DNA of 64,000 nt. Source: Vicugna vicugna (lineage: Eukaryota). The translations under genes were made by a program, and so were the position numbers. The notes under the pieces are model-generated. The model had not been told where the DNA came from. It made no database searches and was given only the letters and a program-made list of their open reading frames with translations. Numbering within the stretch: position 1 is the stretch's first letter; each line of letters starts with the position of its first letter. Shown in pieces: positions 61,095-64,000 of this stretch. The stretch covers positions 186,001-250,000 of the forward strand of contig MU058669.1 in the NCBI GenBank assembly GCA_013265495.1, read 5' to 3'.

Positions 61095-64000
61095 TATATC
61101 TTGGATTAGTGAAAGCCCCTCGTGGTTTAATGGTGCCTGCCAGTTCACACTGTATCTCTTGACAGCCCTGTGAGTTTCAGTTGTTAGTGCCCTTTTAGTG
61201 AGGAAATCAAAGTTCAGCAGAAAGGGCAGTGAGCTGTCCAAGGTCTTACCGAGAGTTCATTCCAGAGCTGGGCTCAGAGCCAAGGTCTTTGGCCTCTGTC
61301 TTGCCAGACTCAAAGCTCCTTCCACACTGGTCTTCCTGCAACGGCAGCCCCATCACATAAACCACAATGCCGACATTAATGGCCATCGTAATTGATTATT
61401 TATTATGTGACAAGTGCTGAGCTAAGCTTTTAACACATTTTGGCTAATCATGCTCACACCCAAGCTATGAAGTGAGGATCATTCTACTGCCATTTTACAG
61501 ATGGAGAAATCAGAGAGGTTAGGTCACATTCCCAAAGCCACCAGTGACTAGCTGATGGAGCTTGCACCCGAACCCAGGTGGTTTGATTCCAAAGCCAATG
61601 TACTTTATCTTGTGCTGTTCTGCCTCCTTTTTTAACACAAAGGTTCTGATCTAAACAGCAACCACTTACTGACTGCCTTCTTTTTTGCCTGTCTCTAGGA
61701 CAAACATTTTATCTCATTTAGTTTTTATAACAAACCTCTGAAGGAGTTATTATCGCATTTTTAGCAATGAAAGACCAAGGCAAGAAGACATGGCAGTGTG
61801 GCTGGTTAGGGAGCAACGTATGGTGACCCTCGAGCCTCTGAGCCATCGTCCTGGAGGAACGGTGGGAGGGGCAGGCACCCACAGACAGACGCTCACAGAA
61901 TTTCCAATGGCTGCTGATAGTCACAAGCAGAATGCCTGCCCTGTTCCCGGCAGACAGCTCTTAGAAAGTCTGGGTACATGTGGCTGGGGGGAAAATGCTC
62001 CGAGGAGCAGAGCAAGTTCCCAGCATTCTCAGATAACCCAGAGAAGGAAGGAGCTAGCACCGGGTTCCCGGCAGTGACACTGCAGCTGGTCTGAGTCAGA
62101 GGGGGCTGGAAGGGGCGGTGGGGGCGATGAGGAGAGGTGATGCCAGGCAGGTGCTTGCTTGCGTGGGGGCCCTGGATCAGCCTCCTGGGCGGCAACTTAA
62201 CCCCTTCAGGGCTGGTCCTGACTTCTGGGGCCCCCTGCAGATGTGGCCTCTCTCTAGGTTGCAACCCTATGGAGCGAAATGAGCACTGGGCTTAGAGTCA
62301 GGACACCTGGGGTTTAGCCCTGGCTTTGCCACCTTCCATCTAAGGGACCCTGGCCCCATCACCTAAGCACTCGGGGCATCAGGTCACAACATCACCCCTG
62401 AGTAGTTTCTAGGGGGCATCCTACCTTCTTTTCATACACCCTATTTCACTCAGTCCTCTTGACCATGCTGTGAGTTTTATGGAAAGAAAATCTGAGAGTT
62501 GTCTCTTTTAACTCTGCCCAAGGCAGTGTGGGGCTGGGTAACTGTACCAGCGTAGGACAAAGCAAACCCACTCACCCTGGAGGCCTTCTGCCTCTGCTGG
62601 CGGGGTCGGGGTGGGGCTGGGGAGTTTCCTCTCAGAACAGGGCTCTCCCTCGTCCCCTAGTGTGGCTTCCCACCACTCCCTTGCTCCTGCCAGCCTGCCC
62701 GGTGGGACCCTCAGAACATCTCCATCTCTCTCTCCGAGGGCATCGGGCTGCCGCCTCCCCCTCCTGCAGCAGATCCTACAAAGCCGTGCTCGGGGCTCTG
62801 TCGTTCCCTGGTGTCTCAGCACCAGGACTCGCTACTCTTAAGCCTCACTTGTGGAGAATCTCATCCCTGAATTTGCAAATGGTCCAAACGAAGCATTGGG
62901 ATGTATATGGGGAGAGATGGATGACGGGGAGGGCTGAAAAAACATTTCCCCCTATTCTTAGTTAGAAAAAAGTCTTAGTTTTTCTCCTGATTTTAAAAGG
63001 GATATGTACTGATGATGAATGCATTCAGTGTCACAGACACACATTATTAGGAAAGGACAGCCACACTGTAGCCTTCCCACCCCAATGCCCCAAGGGGCCA
63101 TAGGCTCTCGTGGCACCATGGTTCAGAGGCCATCAGGGCAAGGGTTCAGCCTGAAGTCAGAGGAGCAGGGCTGAAATCCCCGTTGCAACCACACAACGTT
63201 GTGGAAGTGGCTTCACTCAAGCCTCAGTTCCCTCATCTATAAAATGGGGGCACACAGCCTGACGCATTACCACATGTGAGTGCTCAGTAACTTCAGCTGT
63301 ATCAGGATATCCTTCTTAGGTGTTTTTGTTTGTCTGCATTTGTCATATTTTAAAATACTGAACATGAAATCACATATATACTATTTTCATGTCTTTTAAA
63401 ACAATTTTGGAGGCATCTAACTTCTTTTATATAATACGCCTCTGTTGGGATGTGCTCTTACTTATTTATCCCCTAAGGGTGTACATTTGGGTCATTTTCA
63501 GTTTTTCCCTATCATAAATAACGCTTCAACAAACAGCTCCTACCCTAAATCTTTGCTCATCTAGGCATTTGTCTCTCTTGGCTAAACTCCTCGGCCTGGA
63601 ACTTTTGGGTCAAAGACTGCTGTGCCTGCTTTGAAATGTAACAGATTTTGCCAAACTGCTAACAAAAGATGTACCCACATACATTGCCCCAAAGCCCCCA
63701 TCTTTCTCACACTGGCTCAGCCATGTTGTCCTGCAGATACCTCTCTCTCCTGGACCTCAGAGTGGAAGATATCCTAACCTTGGCCTTCTGGGGACACTGT
63801 GTAGTCCCCTTTCTGCTCGTTCTGTCACCACCAGCTCTAATCCAAACCACCCTTGCACCTCTATTAAGTCCAAGGGCTTTCTCCACAGCATCTTATTTGA
63901 TCTCAGGCAGGAAGGAAAGTTGTATTAGCACCATCTGGGATGGGAGGGCCAGAGAGGTCAAGTGATTGGTCCAGGGTCTCCAGATGGACAGAGAGCAGAG

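Noticed and set aside
62815..62835. REST/RE1-like TCAGCACCAGGACTCGC
   Set aside because: The spacing is one base short and the right half-site is poor.
55111..64000. Search for the next upstream GALNT10 exon (expected AGGLFA...WGGEQ motif)
   Set aside because: Not found. It is presumably beyond the right edge of the window.

Overview
Mammalian genomic DNA, probably from a camelid, based on tRNA-derived SINE copies that resemble the camelid Vic-1 family. The window has three recognisable genes in the order known from human 5q33: complete HAND1 (+, 2 coding exons, 218 aa), complete SAP30L (-, 4 coding exons, 182 aa, CpG-island promoter, probable ~5 kb 3' UTR), and the last five coding exons plus 3' UTR of GALNT10 (-). 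All exon boundaries were read directly from GT/AG sites and keep frame. The rest is intron or intergenic DNA with L1, L2, MIR, MaLR/ERVL LTR and MER-type DNA-transposon relics. Almost all other ORFs in the supplied track look spurious. I found no convincing undescribed gene system. The best leads are regulatory or RNA-level: a 5' splice-site motif at the very start of SAP30L exon 2 (possible recursive splicing), let-7 and miR-196 sites between two HAND1 poly(A) signals, a 3'-truncated 'tailless' SINE insertion, three strong CTCF motifs, and several motif-dense candidate enhancers. Repeat family names and comparisons with human come from my recall, not from a search. Repeat boundaries are approximate unless a TSD is given.
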